Source: Vicugna vicugna
Lineage: Eukaryota
Reading direction: 5' to 3'
DNA length: 64,000 bases
Assembly (NCBI GenBank): GCA_013265495.1
Contig: MU057887.1
Coordinates: 73,985-137,984, forward strand
Below the pieces are notes generated by a model that worked only from the letters and a program-made list of their open reading frames with translations, was not told where the DNA came from and ran no database searches. The translations under genes and the position numbers were made by a program. Shown in pieces: positions 35,972 to 47,200 of this stretch. The first letter of the stretch is position 1. Each line of letters opens with the position of its first letter.

Positions 35972-36349
35972 GGAAAACAGCGCCGGAGGGGTAACGCGCG
36001 GGGCGGGGCGAGGGGCGGGGCCTGCGCGGGAGCCACGTCCGGGGCGGGGCCAGGTGAGGCGCGGGCCGAGCGGAGCCCAGGTGAGGAGCCGGCCGGGCTG
36101 GAGCCAGGTAGGGCCCGGGGTTCGCGGGAGGGAGCCCGCCTGTACCCGGGTGGGAACGCAGAGCGGGTTCTGAGGTTGGGCCCATTGCTCAGGTGGACAC
36201 GCCGAGGCGGGGCGCGGCGTCAGGCGACGCGGTGCGATGACCGGCGGGGACCCGAGTGCCCGCGCTCGCCCCGGCCCGGCCCCTCCCCCTCCCCATTTTG
36301 CACAAGCGCCCTTCTCTCCCTCCTCCCGCTCCTCCCGCTCCTCCCCTCC

Positions 36350-36417
36350 NNNNNNNNNNNNNNNNNNNNNNNNNNNNNNNNNNNNNNNNNNNNNNNNNNN
36401 NNNNNNNNNNNNNNNNN
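36350..36417. other. Assembly gap (68 N)
   Basis: Run of N inside a C-rich low-complexity tract of the CpG island. Confidence 1.
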
Positions 36418-37582
36418 CCTGCCCCTGCTCCCTGCCCCTTCCTTGCACCCCCGTCCCCTCCCTTTCTGCTCCCTCCCTTTTCCCGCGTTTTCGCGTTTTG
36501 GTTTGGTCTCAGCCCAGGCTTTTGCCGGCCGCCCATTTCCCTCCTCTAATTCGGGGTCTCCAATCCGGCCGACACATCAGCTCCCTCACTCCGAACCTGG
36601 GAGGCGGGAGGCATCGTCCCGTTTCACAGATGTGAAAACTGAGGCACAGCAGGTGCTGCGCTCACTCAGAGTATCTGGCTGCGGGCGCTGGCCCGTTTAT
36701 CACCAAGACCAAATATGCCGAAAACTTAAATCCGGAGGCTAATCAACCTCCAGAATCGCTTGTTAGGGGAGAGGCCCTGACTGCTTTCACTTTTCCCCAA
36801 ACCTGGCATGGGGCCACTGTCAACAGCACGGGCTTGAGGGTTGCCCAGGGCCTGGCAGGTGTGTGAAGAGTGGCAGCTCAGGCCCCTGGAGAGGCAAGCA
36901 GGGTGTGAGGGGAGGAATTCCTGAGTCCTTATTTGGCCAAGTTGGGAGGGTGGGGACTGGGCCTTGGCTGTCTGGTGGTGCAGACTTCAAAGTTTTGTGT
37001 GAGAGGTTGTGTGGATTCCAGAGAGCACGGCGCTGCTTGTCAGTGAAGTGTGGTGTTGACGTTTGTCTGGGTGAGAATGCAAAACCTGAGACTCAGCAGT
37101 AAATATCCTTTGGTCGGTCTCTGTTGGTGATTTTAGGGTCTTGTTTATGAGTTTCTCCTTTAACGCAATGACTATTTCTCAAACTAACACCAGGGCAGGG
37201 GCCAAGGGGTGAAGAGGGACGCGGGGCACTACCTGAGTCCAGCTAGTCCTTGAGGACAGCCCCCTCCCCAGACCCTGCCCACAGAGAACCCAGAGTCTAG
37301 CCTTTGTGTGACAGAAGGAAACTAGGGGCTTATAGGAGATCAGGGACAGCTTCTTGGAGGAGACGACCGTTGAGCTGGAGGATGGATGAGAGATAGGCGG
37401 AGGAGGTGTGGCACGCTGAGGTCACACACAGGCTGGTTGGCATAGTTGGCTGGTTGGGGATAAACCACCTGTGAGGTGGGGTTGGAAATGCCTGTAGAGT
37501 ACCTGACAGGTGGAGCCGGTAGGAATTTACCTGGACTCAATGACTTGAGTCATTGAAATGCAACCTCAGTGAGATTTTTGTT

Positions 37583-37790
37583 ATATTTATTTATTTATTT
37601 TTTAGATTCCACATAAAAGTGAAATCATATGGTATTTGTCTTTCTTTGTCCGACTTACTTCACTAAGCATAATAATACCCTCCAGGTCCAACCATGTTTT
37701 TCCAAATAGCAAATTTCGTTCTTTTTATGGCTGAGTGATATTCCATTGTATGTACAAACCACATCTTTATCCACTCATCTGTTGATGGGT
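37583..37790 (-). mobile_element. Younger L1 3' fragment
   Basis: (TTTA)n followed by AGATTCCACATAAAAGTGAAATCATATGGTATTTGTCTTTCT...TTTTATGGCTGAGTGATATTCCATTG. Confidence 0.8.
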
Positions 37791-40700
37791 ACTACAGGGA
37801 GATGTCTTGAGGTCTGGAAACTTGACTAAACATCTCACAGACACATGCGTCTCCCTGACAAGCTAGTTCCAGCTGACTTGGTGGGGGGCATGCCGTAGCA
37901 GGTGGCTTCTGTTAAAGAGAGGACAGCAAGAGCTCAGGCCACCGTGGAGATGCCGAGGTGCAGATCCGTTCCCTGATTTTGCCCTCTTTTACTGATGGGG
38001 AAACAGACAGGCAGCAGGAGGGTGAGAGCCGCAGGAAGAGTCAGAGACTTGAGCAGGTCACTTTCTCTCTTGGGGACTCAGCTTCCTGACCTGTTAAGTG
38101 ACCTTCTTGGCTGTACTTCCCCCAAAGGGTCATGGTCACCTTTGCTAATGGCTCTCAGGCTCCAACTGCACAACTGGTTGCCTCGTTCCTCTCTCCCGCC
38201 ATCCTCGTGAGGCAGGAACTGTTATTGTCCCCTTTTACAGATAAGGAAACTGAAGCAGGGAGCTTTAGGTGACTTTCCGAAGTCACACGGCCAGTGAGTG
38301 GAGAGCCGCAGTGTCCACACCCTCCCCACCGGCACTGAGGTCTGCCTCCTGGGTGGAGACATTCCAAGCCTGCCAGTGACTGCCTTCAGATCTCTGTGAA
38401 GTTAGCATGTTGATATAGAAATGTCTAGAGGTTTTTTTCAGACCAATTTTTCAACTTTTCCCCCAATCCTTTGATTAAAATTGGTGCTCAAAGAAGATGT
38501 GCCCCACGCATCCAGAGCTTCGAGGCCTCCCGGCGTGCCTTTGAGGGTCCCCTTCTGGCCCAAGCACTGTGGGAGTAGGGATGGCCTCAGAGATGCTGTG
38601 TGGGGCTCAGCTGCAGGCAGACGCGATGCTCCTGGGTCCTGCCCCAGCCACCTTCGTGTGCGGCTTCTGGAGCTGCTGGCAGCTGGACCTGGCCACTGTC
38701 CAGGTTACTGGGTCCCTGAAAGGCAGGAGACCTGGCTGAGTCAGGTCCCTGTTGTCCCACCTCTCAGGCAGGCATCGCAAGCAGCAGGTGGTCCTGAGGC
38801 GCAGAGGAAATGACGTGGGTGCTCAGTGCAGGCCGAGCGGTGCGCGGGTTAACAGCTGATACTGGAGCCTGACTCCCCGACCCAGCCAGGATCCTGGCAT
38901 GTGACTTTGAATTGCTGACCCGAGTTACTCTGTGCCTCAGTTTCCCCATCTGTAAAATATGAACAATGTTATCTCCTATCATAGGGTTATTGGGAGAAAC
39001 AAATGAGTTAATTTGCATAAAGAGCCTAAAACAGGCTGTGGCACCTTTACAGGTGTTTACATTTATTTGTGCTAGACCCCCCCCACCCCCCACCATCACC
39101 CCCAACCAGGGGAGACGGGGGAGGACTGAGCTTGTGTGGAGCCTGTTCTGCCCGGGCCGGGGCCAAGTGGTTCTCTCTTCAGTGCCCCTGGGCAGAGTAA
39201 GGCTTGAGAAGTTCGCTTCAGTCAGAGCTCGTGACTGGTGACTGTCCATCCAAAGGAACTGGTTTGGCAGGTCAGGAGTCCAGGAACTCCTGGGGACTGC
39301 CCGGTCCCTTCCCCCATCCGGTCGTGGAACTGAAGCCAAGGACACGCTGGCGGGCAGGAGGCTGTCTGGGCTGGGCCATTTGTCCTCTACAGAAAAGCTT
39401 CATTTCAGGTGGCTGAAGGCAGAAGGCGGAGGCTTGAACCAGCCAGGCAGGTGTGGGGCTTCTGGAAAGCGCCTCCCCTCTGGGCCGTGGTCTCTGTCAA
39501 GTTGTAGGTGCCTCCGAGACCCCCGCAGCTGTGAGGGTCTCTGCTCCCCCCGGATTCCTAAAGCTGCAGGGTCACCGCATTTGCTTCTGTGCTATTATGG
39601 CACCTTGCATCTAGGGTGGGGGGGCTTTGGGGATTTTACTCAGTTTTTTTCTTTAAGGAAAATTTTAGATAATCAGAAGTGAGCAGGACGTCCCAGCGTC
39701 AACCACTGCCTCGCTGCAGCCAAGCCTGGCCGGGGGCTCACCCTGCCGCCTTCCCATTCCGTTCCCCCACCTGCTCACCCCCCACCCACTCAGCCCCGCC
39801 TCCTGCTCCCGTATCATCTTAATACTTGTTCTCCATAAACACTGCAGTGTGCCTCCCCTTATACAATGTGACCACAATACTATTATCACACTTTAAACAA
39901 CGGTAGTTCCTTAATAGCCAATACCCAGTTGGCAGTCAGATTCCCAGTTGCCTCAAATATAAAAATAAGGTTAATCTGTCTTCTGGCCATGCCTCACCTC
40001 TTGAGGAATGGTCTGTCCTTGGCTCCCACAGCCCTGGTGACTCTTACGATGCATTAGCCTCGGAGCGCCCGACCTTTCAGTGTGCTGTCACGCCTGTCAC
40101 TTTATCTGATCTTCAAGGCACTGGCCAGGCAGAGCTTGTGCCCATTTCACAGACGGGGAAGTGGGGTTTAGAGGGGCAGATTGACCTCAGCAGGGAGGTA
40201 CCCTGAGTAGGGGTGACCCAGGCTGGAACCTGTTCCTCTGACTCCTCGTCCATGCCGTTTGCTCACAGCGCCAGCATGGAGGTACAGAGGGGTCTCTGGG
40301 TGGGGTGCAGAGGGGATCAGAACCAGGTCCCTGGCTCTGGGAGGTATGGGTGGCCTGACCTTCCCCCAGGGACCTGGGGTGCTTTTCTCTCTGGCTACAT
40401 GGAGGGAAAATCTATTTGACTCAGCTAAGCTCTAACCAGATCTTTCCATACAGAAACATCTGAAGGTAGAGGGGTTTTGGGCCCTGTGGGTCCCACTTTG
40501 ATTTCCAAAGAGGCCAGTGTGGAAGGTAGATTTGAATTCAGACTGAATTATTGAACTGGACTTGAGCCAATGCTAGTAATAGGAACCATCTATGGATCAT
40601 TGACCACCTGCAGGAGCTATGTGTTCCAGGTAGCATAGACAGCATGTGCAAAGGCCCTGAGGTGGGAACAGCTTGGCATGTTTGAGGGGCAGCCCTGAGG

Positions 40701-43124
40701 CCTGTGTGGCTGGAGCAGAAAGAACCAGGGTGGAGGGGAGGTGATATGAGACAAGTTTTTGAGGACAGCAGGGCCAGGCCACAAAAGTCTTTCAGGTGTC
40801 TGCAGGGGTTCGAATTTTATTCCAAGAACTGCAGGATGCTGCTGGCACTCAGAGGGTGTCATGGGAAGTGTGGAGTAGGCAGCTGGGATATTCGAGTCCA
40901 GGACTCCGGGAGAGGTTTGGGCCTGAGATCTGGGTGTAGGGGTGGAGAGCGTGGGATTTAATATCCCTTAGGGAGGAGAGGAGAGGGCCCAGGGTCCCCC
41001 ACCCAACAGGTCTGAGTGTGGATGATGGAGATCATGACAGGGGCCACAACTGTGTCCTCTTCTGGGACAGAGAAGCCTAGGATGGCAGCCAGTGGAGCCA
41101 GCTGGAGTGGAAGTGGCCCGGGAGTGACCAGAGAGTGCTGGTGAGACGGGCCGGGAAGGCCTTGAAAGCCGGGCGCTGTCGTTGCGCTCTGTTTGTTCTC
41201 CTGTTCAGCAGGCACCCCACGTTCCTTTCATGTCCTGGATGAGAGCCGAGACTCAAGCATGCGTCAGAAATGGCCCCGGTTGTCAGGGGACACCCAGTGA
41301 TGGGTCCAGAGAGGCGCATGGACACGCGATGTTGGCTGGTGAGGGCTGCCGGAGCCTAGAGGAAGCTCCTGCAGCCTGAGGTGGGTGGGGGATCAGGGGG
41401 CATCATAACGCTTCTGACTGTGACAGACAGAAAACCCAGCTCTGAACTAGCCCCAAAGTCAAAGGGGACCCACTGGCCCTTGTAGCCAAAATGGTCTGGG
41501 GATGCTGTGGAGATCAGATATGGCTTGATCAAGCCTTAGCAATTTCCTGTGCTTTTTGTGGGCTGCTGGCTCCTCAGGGTGGCAGTGATTGGCTACAGCC
41601 ATTCTAGGCCACATCTTTATACACAGCTGTGTGGCGAGAAACTCCTCTATTGGCCATCTCCTGATAGCAAATGATCTGGAAAACTTTTCCTGGTCTCTCG
41701 CAGGCCTCAATGAACCTATCCGATTGGCCAGAAAGATTGCTAGGTGCTGATTGGTTCAACTTGACTTCCCCCACAAACCTTTGAAAAGGGAGACTGGCTT
41801 ACCCTTAGGTAATTGGCAGGTCCTAGGAGGTGGGGTGGGTCAGCTCCTTGCAGCTGGAGGGCTGTGCAGGTAAGAGGAGCACCTGGGTACCACGGGCAGG
41901 GCCACAGGGATGCTGGGGAGGGGAGTGGCCCTGAGTCTTGAGCTTGGTGTCTACCAGAACCACAGGAGCGAGTGGGTGGCCCCAGCAGCTCTTTACAGAC
42001 TCCTTTGTCCTTTCAGAGTGTCAGGGGACTTGTGGGCAGGCCTCTGACAGAGCCGTGTAGCAGGTCACAGCTCACCTGGACCTTGCTGCTGCCACCTTTG
42101 GGTGTCTCACCCGGGTGTCATGCCCAGGTTCCAGTGGTTCTGGCCCCGGTACCTGGACAAACCAAGCGGTCTACACACGCCTTCTCGCCAACACTGGGGA
42201 CCCAGGGGTGTTTGTGGTAAAGAGTGGGTCACAGGGGTTTCTATCAATAAATTTGTGAAACGGCTGAGACAAAAGGGTGAGAATTACTCTTCATGGGGTG
42301 CACCTGGGAGAGCCTGGCACCCAGCTCCGTGGCGGCCCCTACTCAGCCAGGAGTGAGAGTCCCTGCCCCTGCCTCAGGTGTGACCCTGTGCCGGCCCCCT
42401 CCTCTCGCGGCGGTGCCCTCCCTGTAAAGTGCGGGGCCAGGCCTGGATGGCAGCCCAGCCCCTCCTGCCACAGAGCCCTTTATCCGCAGGCCCTGTTCAG
42501 AGACAGGAGCCGGGCGGGCAGATACAGCAGCGAGCTCTTCCTCTGTACGCCCTGCACAGCGCCCGCACCACTCAAGTTAAATCTGGTGCTGATTTGCCCG
42601 AGGTAAGCAGGTGATAATTTGTACAACGTTAGGATAATTGCTATGAGGGTCTATCTGGGTAACGTGCAAGTATGTTTTTATAGCAACAAACCGTTTTGCT
42701 GTGAGTTATAAATAGAGCCGTTGAGTGATTCGGCACCTCTTTTGCATGACGTCAAGTTGCCCTAGCTCTGGTCCACGCCTCTGTCATTGTGGCCTCACGA
42801 TGCTGGTAGCTCCACGGTGCCCATGCCCCCCACCCTTGGGCCACGGAGGCCCTCCCAGAGGGAAGATTTTGGGCAGTGAGAGGTTCTGGAAGCAGGCGAG
42901 GTGCGTGTGGACTCGGGCGGAGGGTGAGACGGGTGCTCTGAAGCCCGCTGCCGAGGGAAACGGGCCCACCTGTGATGTCTGGTTTATTTTCACATCATTT
43001 CGGCGTTTTTGGAGGGCTGCATATGCCGGGCCTGGTGCCAGGGACCCCGTTTGCGCAAATCCAGGTAGAAGCCCAGTCCTCGTCCTGTGGGAGTGAGGTC
43101 CTGTGAACTGAAGTGTCCTAGAGC

Positions 43125-44010
43125 TAGCCTTCAGTTCCTGGCACAGGGCTTCCAAAACCCTCGGGATTTCCTGCATGACAGGATGAATTTGGTATTCTTT
43201 TTTTTTTTTTTAAAATGGAGGTGCTGGGGCTTGAACCCAGACCTCCTGTGTGCTGTGTGCACTACCACTGATCTATACCCGCCCCCCTCACTTTGTTATT
43301 CTTAATGAGCCCTTTTGACCTCGCCTGAGGCCACGGTAATGCGGTGACTCAGGATGGCAGCTTCAGGATGGGGGCTGGTCACCAGAGGACCCACCCTCCT
43401 GACTGGAAGGTTAGACCCATCAGCCCCACCTCTCCACCTCCAGGGAGGGGAGGGGGCTGGAGATTGAATTTAACCACCAATGGCTTGGTTTAATCAGTAA
43501 TACCTGTGCAGTGAAACTTGTAATGGAACTTGCATCAAAACACTGAAGCCATGTGGCAGAGAGAGCTTCCCGCTTGGTGAACACACGCATGTGCCGGGAG
43601 GGTGGTACCCAGCGAGGGTGCAGAAGCCCCGTCCATGCACAGCCCCAACCGCCATACCTTGCCCTCTGCATCTCTTCCGTTTGGTGATTCCTGACTTGTA
43701 GCATTTAAAATAAACCTGTCTTTGTAAGTAAAGCACTTTCTTGAGTTCTGTGAGTCATCCTAGCCAATTACTGAACCAGAGCACGGCTGGTCATGGGAAC
43801 CCCCGACTTTGTAGCCAACTCAGACAGACGTGTACCTGGTTGGGGACCTAGGACTTGGACTGGTGTCTGTAGCGGGGGCAGTCTTATGGGACTGAGCCCT
43901 TAACTTGTGGGTCTGCTGCTAACTCTGGGTAGTTTATGTAAGAATAAGACTGTGGGACACGGACTTGGCAGCAGAGGGTTGGTGTTGGAATGACGTATTT
44001 GTTGTTAGAG
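43125..44010 (+). mobile_element. MER21-like ERV LTR, interrupted by a SINE
   Basis: GTTCCTGGCACAGGGCTTCCAAAACCCT...GGGGCTGGTCACCAGA...GGAGGGGCTGGAGATTGAATTTAACCACCAATGG...GAGTTCTGTGAGTCATCCTAGC...GGGACTGAGCCCTTAAC. Confidence 0.75.
43198..43290 (-). mobile_element. tRNA-derived SINE, Vic-1-like, inserted within an LTR
   Basis: Poly-T followed by GGAGGTGCTGGGGCTTGAACCCAG...; flanked by TTTGGTATTCTT / TTTGTTATTCTT target-site duplication. Confidence 0.8.
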
Positions 44011-44467
44011 GAAAACCCTGTACAGGAGCAGAAAGAACAAGGCCCAGGGAAGAGTCTGTGCAAAGGTCCTGGGGCGGCGGAAGCAGCGTGGATTCTGGGA
44101 GAAGCTCAGATGGGCAGGTTTTGTGGCTGGAGCTGCAGGAGCAGCAGGGAGAGCCTCATGTGAGTCTCGATTATGGGCCTGTGGGGTTGGGGGCTCACAG
44201 GGCTCACCCCAGCAGTTACCCCCTAACTCACCATCTGTTGCCACAACAAAACACAGATGGATGACACGCTCAGGCCTGAATGCGCAAACTTCAAAACAAA
44301 TCGTGCTGCCTGTGCTGTGTGAGATAGGCGATGGGGTAAAGGTTTTGAGCTTGCAGAGAACAAAAAGAGGAAAAAAATCACTCTGTCTGGTTAAAGCCGA
44401 GTCTGGAGGGGAAACAAAGCCCTCTTGACTTCAGAGACTCTCGGCCCCGGGCTGTGCTGCCGGACCG

Positions 44468-44510
44468 TGCGGTGGGAGTCCTCCCTCTGCGGTGGGAGTC
44501 CTCCCTATGC
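44468..44510 (+). repeat. 20-bp tandem duplication
   Basis: TGCGGTGGGAGTCCTCCCTC / TGCGGTGGGAGTCCTCCCTA / TGC. Confidence 0.9.
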
Positions 44511-46129
44511 CGAGGACGAGGACTCGGCCTGGGCCCTTCCACTGTCTACCCGGGTAGTCGGGCCGCCTGCCTGCGAGGCTTGCAAGCAAGAATGTTCCAG
44601 GCATGTTCCCTCCTCTGGGCGGGCAGGGCCCTCAGGTGGGGGCCAGTCAGGGCCCCTGATGTCCTCAGAAGGCTGCCTCCAAGCTCTTCATCCAGCTCTC
44701 ACAGGCTTTTCCAGGGTAGCCCAGCAAAAGGGGGCGCGTGGGGCTGAAGGCTGGCGGGGGGAGGGGGCTGCGGTGGAGTGGGGACAGGATGGCTTCCCAC
44801 CTTCTTCAAACTTCAGGAGCCCCTCCTGCCTGTCGTGAGGGGTCAGTGGAATGACAAGGTGGCTGTGAGTCCCCCACAGGACTGAGTGCCCCCAAGGGTG
44901 GCAGCGGTCTTCACACGCACCCCTGTGCCTGGAGTGACGAGGACAGACATGCACCAAGTTCGCAGCTCGGCGGGCTCCCGGCCTGGTCTCCTTGCGGACC
45001 AGCTGCCTGGGCGGGTGCAGGGCTGTGGGTGTAGGTGATTGAGTTTATTTTCTCACTTTCACTGCAGATAGAGGGGAGCTCCCTGCCAGGCGTAGGTTCT
45101 AGGGTCCCAGGCCTGGGTGTTACCCCGCTGCCCCCGGGTACCTGGCTTGGGGAAGGCTGGACGTGGAAGACGGTGCTGTGTCCTGATGCGGAGGAGGTGG
45201 GTGGTGGGGCAGCGCGGGGCCTCGCTGCCTGGTGCTCGGTGCCCTGCGTCCCGCAGGGAGCAAGCCCCAGCCTGTGTGTTCACCTGGCCCCGCCCGCCAG
45301 CCTTCAGCTGCCATCCCGTCCGCCTCCCCTGCCCTCAGGAGATGCAGCCTCTGGAGAACACAGAGGGTACAGGGGTTGGGGACGGGGGCAGTGGGCGGGG
45401 GTGGTCGCAGGTCCAGTCGCTGGTGAGGGTGAGACGTGTGGGTGGTTAGGGGGCCGATCTGGAACTGTCTGTGAGGGCGCTTGCTGGAGGTGGTGGCCCA
45501 GAACTGTAGGCACAGGGGAGCCAGGACGAGTGTGTGTGTGTGTGAGTGTGAGCGAGTGTGTGAGAGACACAGAGAGAAGTGGAGAAGGTGGTGCAGGTGA
45601 CTCCTGCAACCTCGCCTGCCTGTTCCTGGGGTCCCTCTCTCCGGGGGTCTCTGCCCCTCTTTCCCTGCCTTCCCCATCCTGGGCTCCCTCCCTGTGCTCT
45701 GTCCAGCGTCTTCCACCAGCAACCAGCAAGGCTCTTGGTCCATCTCAACTCAGAGAGGGCACAAAGGGCGACACAGCTATCAGTGGCCGCAGAGCCCACC
45801 TGAGGGAGCAGGTGGCCTGGGCTGCAGGGAGTGCTGGCGGGGTGGGGGTGGGGGACAGAGCAGGGGGTGGAGGCTGGTTGAAACTGGAAATGGTCACTGG
45901 TGACATGGCCCCTAGACAGTGGAGAGCTGTCAGAAGGGACACACAAAACCCCCAGGTGTGTCTGTGCCAAGGTGAGAGAAACTGTAAAGGGATCGGAGTA
46001 ATAGGAGGCATCCTGGGGCCATGTCACCGTGTGACCGTGAGCCACTGTCTGCACCTCACTGGCCTTCCTCTTGTTCTCCGATAAATGGGGAGGCAACGGA
46101 GTGGCTCCCTCCTTCCTGCCTTCTGTCTC

Positions 46130-47200
46130 CAACCATTGTTATGAAAATTGTTCAGAGTATAGCAACATGTAAGAAAACACACTTTTTGCCTTGGTTTGGA
46201 AGTTGGTACCGTTCATTATGGATTTTCTCTCTCTTTCTCTCTCTCCGAGCTGAACTCTTGGAAAGGAAGTGGCAGACCCACGCCATTCATTCCCTGCCGA
46301 CTGTTTGAGCATAAAGACGTTCTCCTGTACAACCTGATACCATTCTCACAGCTCAGCAAATGAGCCGTAATTCCTTTAATATCATCGTCCATTCAGGCCA
46401 CGTTCACGCTTCCGCAGTTGTCCCAGGGATGTTTTCGCGGCTCCTTTATAAACCAGAATTCCATCAAGGGTCACATGCTGCGTTTGCTTGTTCTGTCTCT
46501 CCGGCTCCATTCAGTCTAGAACAGTGCTCCCACCCCACCCCACCCCCACGCCTCCCCTGCCTTTTTAAAAAATAACATCAACTTTTAAAGAGGCCAGGCC
46601 AATAAATTGCCTGGTAGGATGGCTCTCATTCTGGGTTTCTCTGCTTGTTTTCCCCCATTATTGTGATATTTCTTGTGTTCTTTGATTCCCTGGGGTGTTT
46701 CCTCTAGAACAATAGAACTGGAGGCTTAATTAGATTCGGGTTGGACCTTTCGGGCAAGAGTATTGCAATGTATCTGAGGGTGCGGAGGTCAGGCTGTCCT
46801 GCAGTCGTGGTGCTGGGCTCGCCTGACTGCGGGGTGGCCACCAGCACGTCACATGTTGTCCAGCACCCAGCTGTGTTGTCCACACCCCTTTCCTGACCCC
46901 CACATCTTCCTCTTTGCAGCAAGAGACGCCAACTCCCATCCCAGATGGCGCTGGCCGTGCTGCTGGTGGCCCAGGCGCTGGGCTGAATATTCCAGGGTCT
47001 GGGGTGCTCGGGGCTGATGGAGGTGGTGGTGGGTAAGCAGACAGAGCTGGTTATGAAACATACATGTACATGCAATCTGATTGTGACTGTAAAATATGGG
47101 TGTGTGCGGACAAAGACCGGAGGGAAGTGTGCAGAAATAAAAGTTGGATACAGGGTCATGAGAGACATCCCCCCAACCCCTTAAATCAGTCCTTCAGTGT
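46130..47200 (-). mobile_element. Old L1ME-like fragment(s)
   Basis: AT-richer block with L1ME-like motifs (GACGTTCTCCTGTACAACC, AATAGAACTGGAGGCTTAATTAGATTC); boundaries uncertain. Confidence 0.45.

Larger units (their letters stand above)
35890..36620 (+). promoter_or_regulatory. ARHGAP8: CpG island / promoter and probable non-coding first exon of ARHGAP8
   Basis: CpG-dense; GGGGCGGGG boxes at ~36000-36050; candidate donors at 36054/36081/36108; lies upstream of the first recognisable ARHGAP8 coding exon. Confidence 0.75.

Noticed and set aside
35922..36173. ATG at 35922 as an upstream ARHGAP8 coding start
   Set aside because: All three donors fall in phase 0 of this frame whereas the 52534 acceptor needs phase 1; it also lies upstream of the GC boxes and so is probably untranscribed.
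45035..46084. 349-aa ORF in ARHGAP8 intron 1
   Set aside because: GTG start, low-complexity G/P/S/W composition, runs through a TG microsatellite, no recognisable domain; expected in stop-poor GC-rich DNA.
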